Shown here piece by piece: positions 1 to 9,306 of a DNA stretch of 64,000 nucleotides. The notes under the pieces are model-generated. The model had not been told where the DNA came from. It did no database searches and worked only from the letters and a program-made list of their open reading frames with translations. Positions within the stretch are counted from its first letter, which is position 1; every line of letters starts with the position of its first letter. The translations under genes and the position numbers were made by a program. Source of the DNA: Nanobdellota archaeon (GTDB lineage: Archaea; Nanobdellota; Nanobdellia; Woesearchaeales; JBHPFW01); the NCBI GenBank assembly GCA_042571645.1, contig JBHPFW010000003.1:24898-88897 (forward strand), given 5' to 3'.

Positions 1-935
1 TGTGAAATGTTATCAATATCTATTCCTCTAGCAGCAATATCAGTTGCTACCAAAACTTTGGTTTTGCCAGACTTAAAACCTTTAAGTGCTAAAGTTCTTG
101 CGTTTTGTGATTTATTGCCGTGAATTGCATCAGAAGATACACCATTTTTACTAAGAAACATAGCTACCTTATTTGCTTTATGTTTTGTTCTCGTGAAGAT
201 CAAAACACTGGTAAGATGTTTTTCTTTTAAGAGTTCTAATAATAGTTTTTCTTTTTCTTTTACATCAACAAAGAATGTGAATTGTTTTATTTTTTCCACA
301 GTAGTTGCTTGAGGTGTGACTTCAACATGAATAGGTTCTATTAATAGGGTTTTTGCAAGCTTGTTGATAGGTGAAGACATAGTTGCTGAGAAAAATAATG
401 TCTGTCTTTCATGAGGTAGTTGTGAGATTATCTTTTTTATATCATGAATAAAACCCATATCTAACATCCTGTCTGCTTCATCTAATACAAAGAATTTTAT
501 GTTTTTTAGATTGAGTTTTCTTTGATTTAATAAGTCTAAAAGTCTGCCTGGTGTTGCAACAACAATATTTACGCCTTTATTTAGTGCATTAACTTGAGGG
601 GATTGACCAACTCCTCCAAAAATTACAGTATGTTTAAATTTAAGAAATCGCCCATATTCATGAAAACTCTCGCCAATCTGCGCAGCAAGTTCTCTTGTAG
701 GAGTAAGGACTAAAACTGTGATTTTTCTAGGATATTCTTCTTTCATCCTTTGTAATATTGGTAGTATGAATGCTGCAGTCTTACCAGTACCAGTTTGTGC
801 TATGCCTATAAGATCCTTACCTCTCAATAAGCCAGGGATGGCTTTTAATTGAATGGGTGTTGGTATTGTGTAGTTTTGTTTAGCTAATGCCTGATTAAGC
901 TCAGGAATTAGATTTAATTCCTTAAATGTTGTCAT
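1..935 (-). CDS. DEAD-box ATP-dependent RNA helicase; C-terminal part lies beyond the window start
   Basis: Minus-strand translation from ATG (complement of 933-935) gives MTTFKELNL...PTPIQ...AQTGTGKT (Walker A)...TPGRL...VLDEADRML (DEAD box, about 461-500)...FSAT...HGN...ARGID. The ORF runs off the window edge, so it is absent from the ORF track. Confidence 0.8.
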   Translation of the reverse strand, partial: MTTFKELNLIPELNQALAKQNYTIPTPIQLKAIPGLLRGKDLIGIAQTGTGKTAAFILPILQRMKEEYPRKITVLVLTPTRELAAQIGESFHEYGRFLKFKHTVIFGGVGQSPQVNALNKGVNIVVATPGRLLDLLNQRKLNLKNIKFFVLDEADRMLDMGFIHDIKKIISQLPHERQTLFFSATMSSPINKLAKTLLIEPIHVEVTPQATTVEKIKQFTFFVDVKEKEKLLLELLKEKHLTSVLIFTRTKHKANKVAMFLSKNGVSSDAIHGNKSQNARTLALKGFKSGKTKVLVATDIAARGIDIDNIS

Positions 936-974
936 ATTCTTGAGAAATAAGGGTTTAGTTATAAATGTAGGGGT

Positions 975-1409
975 TTATAGGGGGGTGTTGTTACAAATTT
1001 CTTTGATAAGGTCTATTATATGCTTAAATTCAAGTTCATTTGTTTCCAGATATTCTGGTTTGACAAACAATCCGTCATAATTTATCCTGTTTCTAATATC
1101 TTTTAAATTATGTATTGTTAATGCTTCATATTCATATTTTGGATAATTTGTTTTGAAAAAAGATATTAAACATTCATGATTGTCTGATTTTAAGCTGTGC
1201 TTAAGGAGTAATGCAGTAAGAAGTTCTTTAATTGTTTCGTAATATCCTTCAACTATTATAGAAGTTGTTTCATTGTCTTTTTTTATTTGGTTTATTGCTT
1301 TTAATCTTGCATTAGCTACTTTTATTAGGGAAATGATTTTATCTGGATCTTCTTGTGCGGGTTTTAGATGATGTTTTTTGCAAACTTTGTAATTCATTAT
1401 CTCTTTCAA
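975..1409 (-). CDS. HEPN-domain protein, putative toxin partner of the adjacent nucleotidyltransferase
   Basis: 144 aa, all-helical composition. Its N-terminus overlaps the stop of the upstream MNT gene, the classic MNT-HEPN pair arrangement. A clear Rx4-6H motif is not seen (DIRNRINYDG), so the family call is by context and fold-like composition only. Confidence 0.5.
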   Translation of the reverse strand: MKEIMNYKVCKKHHLKPAQEDPDKIISLIKVANARLKAINQIKKDNETTSIIVEGYYETIKELLTALLLKHSLKSDNHECLISFFKTNYPKYEYEALTIHNLKDIRNRINYDGLFVKPEYLETNELEFKHIIDLIKEICNNTPL

Positions 1410-1899
1410 GTCTAATCAGTCCGTGTAGTGTAATTCCGTTGAGGATATTGTTTAGCAGTTCATTGCTTAATTTGTTGAGATTAGTTTCAAAAAATAAATT
1501 GATTTTGTGTTTGAGTTTGAAACTTAAGTCTAAGTTTGTTTTGTTGGATTGAACAAATATGTCGATGTCGCTGTCTTTTGTGTAATCTCCTTTTGCGCAG
1601 CTTCCGAATAATATAATTGCTTTTGGGTTAGTGTGTTTGTAGATATATTCTATTACTCCTGATTTATGTATGCGTTCTAAGATATCTTGTGTCTTGTAAA
1701 ATTTGTATAAGGGGTTTTCTGTATTGGCGGAGTAAGTATCATAAGGTTCGTTTTTGTTCCGGGTTATTAGCTTGTTTTTGATTAGTTGATTTAATGTTCT
1801 TGCAGCTGTTGTTTTTGGGGTGCGGGTAAGTCTTGAGAGTTGTCTTAAGTAAAACTCTTTTCCCGGGTTTTCGTAAAATAATTCTTCTATTTGTCCCAT
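1339..1899 (-). CDS. minimal nucleotidyltransferase (MNT, pol-beta superfamily) with N-terminal winged-helix domain; antitoxin-like
   Basis: Motif ILFGSCAKGDYTKDSDIDIFV (GS-x9-13-D-x-D) typical of MNT. The N-terminus ELFYENPGKEFYLRQLSRLT resembles a wHTH. Confidence 0.8.
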   Translation of the reverse strand: MGQIEELFYENPGKEFYLRQLSRLTRTPKTTAARTLNQLIKNKLITRNKNEPYDTYSANTENPLYKFYKTQDILERIHKSGVIEYIYKHTNPKAIILFGSCAKGDYTKDSDIDIFVQSNKTNLDLSFKLKHKINLFFETNLNKLSNELLNNILNGITLHGLIRLERDNELQSLQKTSSKTRTRRSR

Positions 1900-2096
1900 T
1901 TTTAGTCCAACTGTACCATAATCGGGACTACTATTTAAGGTTTATGCTTAATTAGGGTTTCTGGGAGTAATAAACCTTACTGAAAGAATGGGATAAACAT
2001 TTAAAATGAAACTTGGTTTGTTTGTGGGTATTGGGGTTATAGGAAGAGGAAAGAAGATAAAGAATAATTCTGAATTGGACATAACAAAGTTAGATC

Positions 2097-2210
2097 CCCG
2101 AGTGTTTTTCAGAGCGGAGTAGCAGGATATGAGCGTTAAACGACCTCGAAAAACACGAGGCCGAGCATTGCCTGAAAGGCAAGCGGAGGAGTCGCGTAGG
2201 GGCTTTTTCT
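2097..2210. ncRNA. GC-rich hairpin-rich segment of unclassified function (candidate structured RNA/leader) upstream of the ORF at 2297
   Basis: Local GC is well above the roughly 33% background. gtgtttttc (2103-2111) pairs with gaaaaacac (2148-2156). A short GAAA-loop hairpin ttgcc-tgaaa-ggcaa lies at 2168-2182. The segment ends in the outer inverted-repeat arm ggggctttttct (2199-2210). Confidence 0.3.
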
Positions 2211-2235
2211 AATTATTACAAAGGCTTTGGCGAAG
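2199..2235. repeat. left arms of two nested inverted repeats: outer ggggctttttct 2199-2210, inner ggctttggcgaag 2223-2235
   Basis: Perfect reverse complements are present at 3023-3034 (agaaaaagcccc) and 2973-2985 (cttcgccaaagcc). Confidence 0.7.
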
Positions 2236-2296
2236 CTACTTATAAAGAGTAAAGAAATGGAAAAGTTAATAAGCATATATTGAATACCCTTCAAAA

Positions 2297-2941
2297 ATGG
2301 ATTGGGAAAAATTAATTCCGGACTTTTTGAAGAGAGCAAAACAAAAACAATTAACTGATTTTGAAATAGAAGTGATAATGCCTTACGAACTAGAAAAGTT
2401 AGTAAAAGATTATAAGGATAGAAAAAATTCTCGGACTGCTGAATATGATCGCGTATTAGACTCAAATTTATTAGTTCCTCTTCATGGAGGATATGATACC
2501 GGAGAAAAAGTTGCAGAAAAAGCCAAAGAACTTGAAAGAATGTTAGTTCTTTATCAAAATTTTGAAAGACTTTTGAAACAGCAAGGTGACTCAGCTGTAG
2601 AAAGATATGGTGCTCACAAAGCAAAAGAATATACAGAAGGAGTTGCTTACTTAACATGGGATGCCCAATTCAAAATTAGTGGTGTTACTTCACTCAGACA
2701 AGTATGGCTACCAGAAAACATAAAAGAAAAGTTGGGTTCTGATTTTGAAGGAACTGTATTAATCCATCATGATACAGAAAATATAATCACTGGAGGCAGA
2801 CCAGAAGCTTATCACAAATTAGAATCCTCAGTTATCGCACTTCCTCAAACTTTAACAACAGAAAGAAGTGAACTTAGGAAACAAATGATTGCAGTAGCAC
2901 AACAAAAAGCAATAAATTACGCCGCAGGATTAGGTGGTTGA
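2297..2941 (+). CDS. hypothetical protein (214 aa) bracketed by nested inverted repeats
   Basis: Complete ORF with no recognisable catalytic motif. Codon composition is slightly GC-richer than the neighbouring genes. Confidence 0.55.
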   Translation: MDWEKLIPDFLKRAKQKQLTDFEIEVIMPYELEKLVKDYKDRKNSRTAEYDRVLDSNLLVPLHGGYDTGEKVAEKAKELERMLVLYQNFERLLKQQGDSAVERYGAHKAKEYTEGVAYLTWDAQFKISGVTSLRQVWLPENIKEKLGSDFEGTVLIHHDTENIITGGRPEAYHKLESSVIALPQTLTTERSELRKQMIAVAQQKAINYAAGLGG

Positions 2942-2972
2942 CTCCTATATTGCATACTATTCAAAATTCTTT

Positions 2973-3034
2973 CTTCGCCAAAGCCCTAAACTAAAATTTA
3001 CTTCTAAATTTTTATTGAAATTAGAAAAAGCCCC
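2973..3034. repeat. right arms of the nested inverted repeats: inner cttcgccaaagcc 2973-2985, outer agaaaaagcccc 3023-3034
   Basis: Exact reverse complements of the arms at 2223-2235 and 2199-2210. A weaker third copy, ccccaaagcg, lies at 3031-3040. Confidence 0.7.
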
Positions 3035-3235
3035 AAAGCGATTGGATCTAACGCAGGTTATGCCAATTCATTTATTTTTGTTTGAATTAAGGCTTGTACT
3101 TCTTGTTTTTGTGTTCCCATAAGGATATCTCTGATTAATTTCCTTCCATACTGAAAATAATTCCTTTCTTCAGGCCTTTGTTTTAGATAAATTTTATAAA
3201 TAATCCCCTCATTAACCTATATTAGGGGTGTTTAG

Positions 3236-4891
3236 ATGACTGAAAAGAGTGAATCAGCAAATAAATTGAGATCTGATGTATTGAAGCATGATATAGCTTG
3301 TCTGCCTCATAGAGCTCTATTAAGGAGTGCAGGTGTTAAAGCTGAGGACTTTGACAAGCCATTCATTGGTGTGGCTAATTCTTATAATGACATTATTCCA
3401 GGACATATTCATTTAGGTGAACTTACAAAAGAAGTCAAGAAAGGCATCAGGGATGCAGGTGGAGTGCCATTTGAATGGGGTGTGCCAGGAGTTTGCGATG
3501 GAATAGCAATGCATGTAGAAATGAGACTAAGCTTGCCATCTAGAGAACATATTGCAGACAACATAGAAATAATGATGTTATCACACTCTTTAGATGGATG
3601 GGTTGGAGTTACAAATTGCGACAAAATCACACCAGGAATGTTAATGGCAGCTGGCAGATTAGATATTCCGGCAATAATGTTAACTGGCGGACCAATGAAA
3701 GCAAATATTGAAGATGGGAAAAAACATCATCCAATTGAAGGCTTTGGAATAGTCGGCCAAGTAGAGGCAGGAAAACTCAAGCCAGAAGAAGCAGAAAAAA
3801 TGTTACCTTGCTTAAGTTGCGGAGCAGGAGCTTGTGTTGGATTGTTTACAGCAAACACAATGGCTGTTGTAACAGAAACATTAGGAATGTCTGTAACAAA
3901 ATGTGCAACAACATTAGCATTAGATCCAGAAAAAAAGAAACAAGCATATGAAACCGGCAAAAAAATTGTTGAATTAGTAAAAAATAATCTAACACCAAGA
4001 AAAATAATGACAAAAGAAGCTTTTGAAAACGCAATAAAAGTAGATATGGCTATGGGCGGTTCAACAAACACCGTCTTACATATTCCAGTAATAGCAAATG
4101 AGTGCGGGATAGATATTAAAACAGATAGATTTGATGAAATCTCAAGGGAAACACCAAATTTGTGCAAAATCATTCCTGCTGGTGAATCAGAAATGGCAGA
4201 TATCAATAATGCAGGAGGGGTTCCAGCAGTCCTAAACAGATTAAAGGATTCTCTAAAAGATTCTCCAACTGTAAATGGTAAATCAATAAAAGATATTGCA
4301 GAACAAGGCAAAGTAACAGATGATGAAGTAATAAGACCATTAGACAAACCATTTTTTGAACAAGGCGGCATTGCAGTACTAAAAGGAAATATTGCAGACA
4401 GCTCAGTAATAAAACAGACTGCAGTAGAAAAAGACATGATGCAGATTGAAGGAACTGCAAAAGTATTCTATACAGAAAATGATTTATTAGAAGCAATCAA
4501 ATCAAAAGGAATTCAGGAAGGGGATGTAATAGTTCTTCCATATCAAGGTTCTATCGGAGCTCCAGGAATGCCGGAAATGTTGACTCCGACTGATGCGATC
4601 AAGGGAGCAGGTTATAAAAAAGTTGCATTATTGACTGATGGAAGATTTTCCGGCGGAACATCAGGACCATGTATAGGCCATATAGAACCTGAAGCATACT
4701 TAGGCGGAGTAATTGCAGCAATAAAAGACGGAGATTATATAGAGATAGATGTGCCAAACAGAAAACTTAATCTGAAAGTAGATGAAGAAATTATTGAGAA
4801 ACGATTAGCAAAAGCAACTCCCCCAGAAAGAACAATGACACCTATGTTAGTTCATTACAAAAACAGGCAGCTTCATAAAACATTATGTTGA
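3236..4891 (+). CDS. ilvD: dihydroxy-acid dehydratase
   Basis: 551 aa with the IlvD/EDD family signatures CDKITPGMLMAAGRLDIPAIMLTGGPM and SCGAGACVGLFTANTMA. Confidence 0.95.
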   Translation: MTEKSESANKLRSDVLKHDIACLPHRALLRSAGVKAEDFDKPFIGVANSYNDIIPGHIHLGELTKEVKKGIRDAGGVPFEWGVPGVCDGIAMHVEMRLSLPSREHIADNIEIMMLSHSLDGWVGVTNCDKITPGMLMAAGRLDIPAIMLTGGPMKANIEDGKKHHPIEGFGIVGQVEAGKLKPEEAEKMLPCLSCGAGACVGLFTANTMAVVTETLGMSVTKCATTLALDPEKKKQAYETGKKIVELVKNNLTPRKIMTKEAFENAIKVDMAMGGSTNTVLHIPVIANECGIDIKTDRFDEISRETPNLCKIIPAGESEMADINNAGGVPAVLNRLKDSLKDSPTVNGKSIKDIAEQGKVTDDEVIRPLDKPFFEQGGIAVLKGNIADSSVIKQTAVEKDMMQIEGTAKVFYTENDLLEAIKSKGIQEGDVIVLPYQGSIGAPGMPEMLTPTDAIKGAGYKKVALLTDGRFSGGTSGPCIGHIEPEAYLGGVIAAIKDGDYIEIDVPNRKLNLKVDEEIIEKRLAKATPPERTMTPMLVHYKNRQLHKTLC

Positions 4892-4902
4892 GATGATAAG
4901 AA

Positions 4903-5169
4903 ATGACAGAACCCGCTAAGGACATCACTATTGATCTGGAAAAATGCTGTGCAAATGTTAAAAAAATAGCGTCTAAAGCAGATTTATCATTATTGCAGGA
5001 TTGGGTTGATCAAGCAGGTCATTCTGATGTGAAACTATCAAACGCTCTTGAACTTGTGTATCGTTGTCCTCATCAGACTTGTGAACATTTGATCCAGAGT
5101 GGGGTAAGTGATTATTGTATCGGCCCAGAATTGTATGAGATGTATGCTCACCAAGGAGACAGCTCATGA
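4903..5169 (+). CDS. small Cys-containing hypothetical protein (88 aa)
   Basis: ORF between ilvD and nadK whose stop overlaps the nadK start. Cys/His pairs (CC...CPHQTCEH...C) suggest a metal-binding mini-protein. Confidence 0.35.
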   Translation: MTEPAKDITIDLEKCCANVKKIASKADLSLLQDWVDQAGHSDVKLSNALELVYRCPHQTCEHLIQSGVSDYCIGPELYEMYAHQGDSS

Positions 5170-5963
5170 AAAAAATAACTCTTAACAATGTAATTGTAAT
5201 ACATATGAAGTCAAGCTCTAGTGAGCACAATAAAACTCTTAGACATGTTCATAGTGTGTTGAAAAAATATGGTATAACGCATAGAGTAAAAGAACGTACA
5301 GGAATAAATGGCAATACATTCAAAGGAAAAGACTTTGTAATAGTGGTTGGCGGGGATGGTACTTTCTTGAGAGCAGCTCATTTCATAAAAGATCAGGTTG
5401 TGCTGGGGGTTAATTCAGATGTCCATGCTAAAGAAGGATTTTTAACACAAGCAAACCGGTTTGATTTTGAGATGAAATTAGTCAAAATAATGCACAATGA
5501 TTTCAAGCTTCAGAAACTTACTAGACTGGCTGCATGGATTGATGGAAAGAAATTGCCTGATTTAGCTTTGAATGAATTTTACATAGGCCATAGAAATGCA
5601 TATGATATGTCAAGATATCATGTTATTATAGACGGAAAAAAAGCATTCCACAGAAGTTCTGGTTTATTAGCTGGTACTGCTGTTGGGTCATATGCCTGGT
5701 TAGTTAGTGCAGGCGGCAAGAGAATGCCTTTAAACTCCAAAAAGATGCAGTACATAGCAAGAGAAGTATATGAGGGCACATTATTCAAAAGAGAAATGCT
5801 TAAAGGATTTTTAGGGCAGGATAAAAAATTAGAAGTAATAAGTGCTTCAAACAAAAACATTGTAGTTGCAGATTCATTAAGCAAAGAATATACTTTAAGA
5901 AAAGGACATAAAGTCGTAGTTAAAGTTTCAAGACATCCTTTGTTAACAGCAGGGTTTAAATAA
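5166..5963 (+). CDS. nadK: NAD+ kinase
   Basis: GGDGT motif (VVGGDGTFLRAAH) and the NAD kinase-type C-terminal beta domain. Confidence 0.85.
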   Translation: MKKITLNNVIVIHMKSSSSEHNKTLRHVHSVLKKYGITHRVKERTGINGNTFKGKDFVIVVGGDGTFLRAAHFIKDQVVLGVNSDVHAKEGFLTQANRFDFEMKLVKIMHNDFKLQKLTRLAAWIDGKKLPDLALNEFYIGHRNAYDMSRYHVIIDGKKAFHRSSGLLAGTAVGSYAWLVSAGGKRMPLNSKKMQYIAREVYEGTLFKREMLKGFLGQDKKLEVISASNKNIVVADSLSKEYTLRKGHKVVVKVSRHPLLTAGFK

Positions 5964-5996
5964 AAGATATTAATATTCAAAACATACGGTGATATC

Positions 5997-6896
5997 ATGG
6001 ATAAAGTAGACAAGATTTGGATGGATGGAAAGCTAATCAATTGGGATGATGCTAAGGTTCATGTATTAAGCCACTCATTGCATTATGGTTCTGGAGTATT
6101 TGAAGGGATAAGATTCTACAAAACAGACAAAGGACCAGCAGTATTCAGGCTAAAAGAGCATGTAGAAAGATTATTCAAAAGTGCAAAAGTATTCAATATG
6201 GAAATACCTCACACCAAAGAACAAATAGAGGAAGCTGTAAAGGAAACAATAAAAGTAAACAAAACAGATGCAGGGTACATAAGGCCGTTAGTTTTTTATG
6301 GATATGGAAAGATGGGCTTGAATCCAGAAGGAGCAGATTTACATGTTATGATAGCAGTTTGGCCGTGGGGTTCTTATCTCGGGGATAAAGCAGTATCAGT
6401 AAAAACCTCAAGTTTCATACGTCATCATCCTAAAGCAGTTCATACAGAAGCAAAAGTATGCGGTTATTATGTTAATAGTATTTTTGCTAGTTTAGAAGCT
6501 AAAAAAGAAGGTTATGATGAAGCATTAATGCTGGATTATGAGGGCAATATAGCAGAAGGCCCGGGAGAGAATCTTTTCATTATTAAAGATGGCAAAATCT
6601 ACACACCTGGTGTTGGAAACATACTTGTAGGAATAACAAGAGATTCAGTAATGGACATAGCCAATCATCTTGGATATGATGTTGTAGAAAAAACACTGAC
6701 CTTGGAAGACTTAAAAAATGCAGATGAGGCTTTCTTCACAGGTACTGCTGCAGAAGTAACAGCAATAGGAAAATTAGATGGCAAGAACCTAGGAAACGGA
6801 GATACTGGCCAGATAACAGACAAGATAAGAACAACTTATCTGGATGTAGTGCAGGGAAAGAAAGAGAAGTATCTTGATTGGCTGAGCTTTTGTTAG
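5997..6896 (+). CDS. ilvE: branched-chain amino acid aminotransferase
   Basis: Fold-type IV PLP aminotransferase features: EGIRFY, YIRPLVFYG, and ADEAFFTGTAAEVTAIG. Confidence 0.9.
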   Translation: MDKVDKIWMDGKLINWDDAKVHVLSHSLHYGSGVFEGIRFYKTDKGPAVFRLKEHVERLFKSAKVFNMEIPHTKEQIEEAVKETIKVNKTDAGYIRPLVFYGYGKMGLNPEGADLHVMIAVWPWGSYLGDKAVSVKTSSFIRHHPKAVHTEAKVCGYYVNSIFASLEAKKEGYDEALMLDYEGNIAEGPGENLFIIKDGKIYTPGVGNILVGITRDSVMDIANHLGYDVVEKTLTLEDLKNADEAFFTGTAAEVTAIGKLDGKNLGNGDTGQITDKIRTTYLDVVQGKKEKYLDWLSFC

Positions 6897-6936
6897 TTGT
6901 GGTTCTTTTTCATGAAATCTATTAAGCAGATCTAAA

Positions 6937-7590
6937 ATGGCTAATATAAAAATTTCAAAATCTCCAAATCCAAAAATAATATCATCTGATGACAGACACA
7001 GAGGATATAGAAGATTCATAAGCAGATTCATTTTTTTCTATGTGCTTATATTTGCGATAGTTGGATATTTTCATAAGAATCTGGAATTCTTTTATTATTG
7101 TATAATCTTTCTGGTTTTCATACTTGCCATAAGGCATTATCAGAAAAAGAAAAGGGAGATAATACTGCCATTGTATATTTATATTGGTGTGGCTGTTTGG
7201 GGGATTCTTCATTTTCTTGGAGGATATCTTCCTGTTAATGAAGGAGTGCTTTATGATGTGCATCTTTTTGTGTTTGGTTATGATAATTTAGTTCACAGCT
7301 TTGGAATGTTTGTGACAACATTTATGGTATATAACTTATTAAGACCGCATCTAAGCATTAACATAAGAGAACATTATGGTTTTTTGACAGCAATACTTCT
7401 CCTGATGGTATTGGGAGTTGGGTCATTAGTTGAAATAGTTGAGTTTAGCGCAGTTAAATTATTCAATGCATCAGGTGTGGGAGATTATTTAAACAATGCC
7501 TGGGACTTGGTGTTTAACACAATCGGATCATTGGTTGCATGTTTTCTAATAGTCATGCATCAGAGAAGAGTAAAGAAGAAAAATGGCTAA
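6937..7590 (+). CDS. integral membrane protein, function unknown
   Basis: 217 aa with about six hydrophobic segments. Confidence 0.55.
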   Translation: MANIKISKSPNPKIISSDDRHRGYRRFISRFIFFYVLIFAIVGYFHKNLEFFYYCIIFLVFILAIRHYQKKKREIILPLYIYIGVAVWGILHFLGGYLPVNEGVLYDVHLFVFGYDNLVHSFGMFVTTFMVYNLLRPHLSINIREHYGFLTAILLLMVLGVGSLVEIVEFSAVKLFNASGVGDYLNNAWDLVFNTIGSLVACFLIVMHQRRVKKKNG

Positions 7591-7663
7591 AAAATGGAAT
7601 GAGCCGTAAGTTTTATAAACCCCTTCAAAATCCTAAGATTATCATATTTAAATAAATCTAAAG

Positions 7664-7876
7664 GTGAATGTTATGGGAAAATTACATACAAGACAGAAAA
7701 GATGGAAAGGCCTTAATACCAGTAAGAGGCATAAGAAAAGATCAGTAGTTAAGAAAGGTGCTAGGACATTTAATACAGAAGCAGCTGCAAAAAAATATGC
7801 AGAAGAGAATAAGATTACAGATTACACACTTGAGCCTGCTAAGAAAGGCAAGAGATTTAAGATTGTGAAGAAATAA
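7664..7876 (+). CDS. small highly basic protein (70 aa)
   Basis: Lys/Arg-rich ORF in an intergenic position. Confidence 0.35.
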   Translation: MNVMGKLHTRQKRWKGLNTSKRHKKRSVVKKGARTFNTEAAAKKYAEENKITDYTLEPAKKGKRFKIVKK

Positions 7877-7930
7877 GCTAAGTTAATATTTATTTTCTTT
7901 AATATTTTATAATCTTTTTTCTCAGGATTT

Positions 7931-8329
7931 TCAAAACTTATGCTCTAGTTTGTTTACTTGCTCGCTTATATTAAAATTAGGCAGATTTCTCTGGCAGGCA
8001 ATATTGGAGATTTTGTTCTTCATGTTTTGCAATGCAAAAGCCATCTTTTCCTCAACCTCTTCACCTTCAATATTGACAGAAAAATATCCTGCTAAGGGAT
8101 CATCAGGATCTAGGTCAACGGTTGAGTGTCTTTTTTGAGCAGAATCCTTTAGAGAATTTATTATTTGTTCAGTAATACCTCTAGAATCATTCAAGTCATT
8201 AATATTGAGGTTCAAGCCAACTTTTCTTTCAATTCCCTCAATATATGTAATGATCAGCTGGAATGTTTTATCTGCAGGCTGAAAATTAATTATTTGAGCT
8301 TTGTTTATCTTTATGTTTACGTCTGCCAT
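7931..8329 (-). CDS. hypothetical protein (132 aa)
   Basis: Complete ORF with a plausible start. No recognisable motifs. Confidence 0.45.
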   Translation of the reverse strand: MADVNIKINKAQIINFQPADKTFQLIITYIEGIERKVGLNLNINDLNDSRGITEQIINSLKDSAQKRHSTVDLDPDDPLAGYFSVNIEGEEVEEKMAFALQNMKNKISNIACQRNLPNFNISEQVNKLEHKF

Positions 8330-8451
8330 TTTATCTTAACTTGCAGTATTTTTGTTTTAATATTTTTTGTTTTTTTGACCAAATAATACCAAAATATTTA
8401 TATATAACTCAATTATACTATTCTATAACTAAGTTATAAAGAGATGATAAG

Positions 8452-9288
8452 ATGTTAACACCGTTTCATGCACTTGTAGAGGAAGTATATCCCAAATTGA
8501 ATGCAGAGATAGCTAGACAGCTAAAAACAGACCTCACACAATCTGAAATAGCTGAATTTCTTAGTGTGAGCCAAGTCATGGTGAGTAAGTATCTAAAGGA
8601 GAAAAAAGAGATTGATGATGAATTGGCCAATATTGCAACAGGTTTGACTAATGAAATAAAGGCAGGAATAACAAAGCAAGAGTTTACAAAAAAGGCGACT
8701 TTAGCAGGATTAAAATTAATCCAAAGTGGTTATTTGACAGAATATTCACAACAATTTGTGCTTGATGAAGAAATAATTGATGAAATATGCCATAAAAATG
8801 TCAAAGAAACTGTAATTAAGGATTTGAAAGCTGCATTAAAATTAATTGAAAAAGAAAATCCTGTAGAATTAATGCCTCAAGTAAGAATGAATATAGCAGT
8901 TTCAATAAAAAAGCCAACTAACAAGTATGATATAGCTGCATTTCCTGGAAGATTGAGTGTAGTTGATTATAAAGTAATTTCAAAAGAAGATCCAAGTTTT
9001 GGCGCAAGCAGGCATTTATCAGAGATATTATTGGAAATAAAAAAATCTAATACACATGTAAATTCTGTTGCGAATATAAAGAAGATTAAACTGCCAAAAG
9101 AAGTAAAGTCAATTAATTATCAAAGAAAAAAATTAAAAGATATTGGTGATTTTATAAAAAGTAATGATCTTGAAAATATTGATGCAATTATCGCCGAGGG
9201 AGATTTCGGTATAGAACCAGTAATTTATGTTCTCGGAACTTCTGCGATGGATGTTGTTAATAAAATAATAAAAATAAATAGAGGTTAA
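8452..9288 (+). CDS. HTH-domain protein heading the thiamine cluster; possible ThiR-like HTH-ThiN regulator
   Basis: N-terminal HTH (SEIAEFLSVSQVMVSKYLKE) plus a roughly 200-aa C-terminal domain, located immediately upstream of thiM-thiE-thiC-thiL. The ThiN assignment is inferred from context, not from a recognised motif. Confidence 0.4.
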   Translation: MLTPFHALVEEVYPKLNAEIARQLKTDLTQSEIAEFLSVSQVMVSKYLKEKKEIDDELANIATGLTNEIKAGITKQEFTKKATLAGLKLIQSGYLTEYSQQFVLDEEIIDEICHKNVKETVIKDLKAALKLIEKENPVELMPQVRMNIAVSIKKPTNKYDIAAFPGRLSVVDYKVISKEDPSFGASRHLSEILLEIKKSNTHVNSVANIKKIKLPKEVKSINYQRKKLKDIGDFIKSNDLENIDAIIAEGDFGIEPVIYVLGTSAMDVVNKIIKINRG

Positions 9289-9306
9289 ATACGGAGGGTT
9301 TTTAAT

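Noticed and set aside
2136-2657. 173-aa minus-strand ORF spanning the GC-rich leader and the start of ORF 2297-2941
   Set aside because: Low-complexity Leu/Phe-rich antisense translation that overlaps both a structured GC-rich segment and a better-supported plus-strand ORF. No motifs.
3409-4496. Several 60-236-aa minus-strand ORFs inside ilvD
   Set aside because: Antisense to a strongly supported conserved gene, with no motifs.
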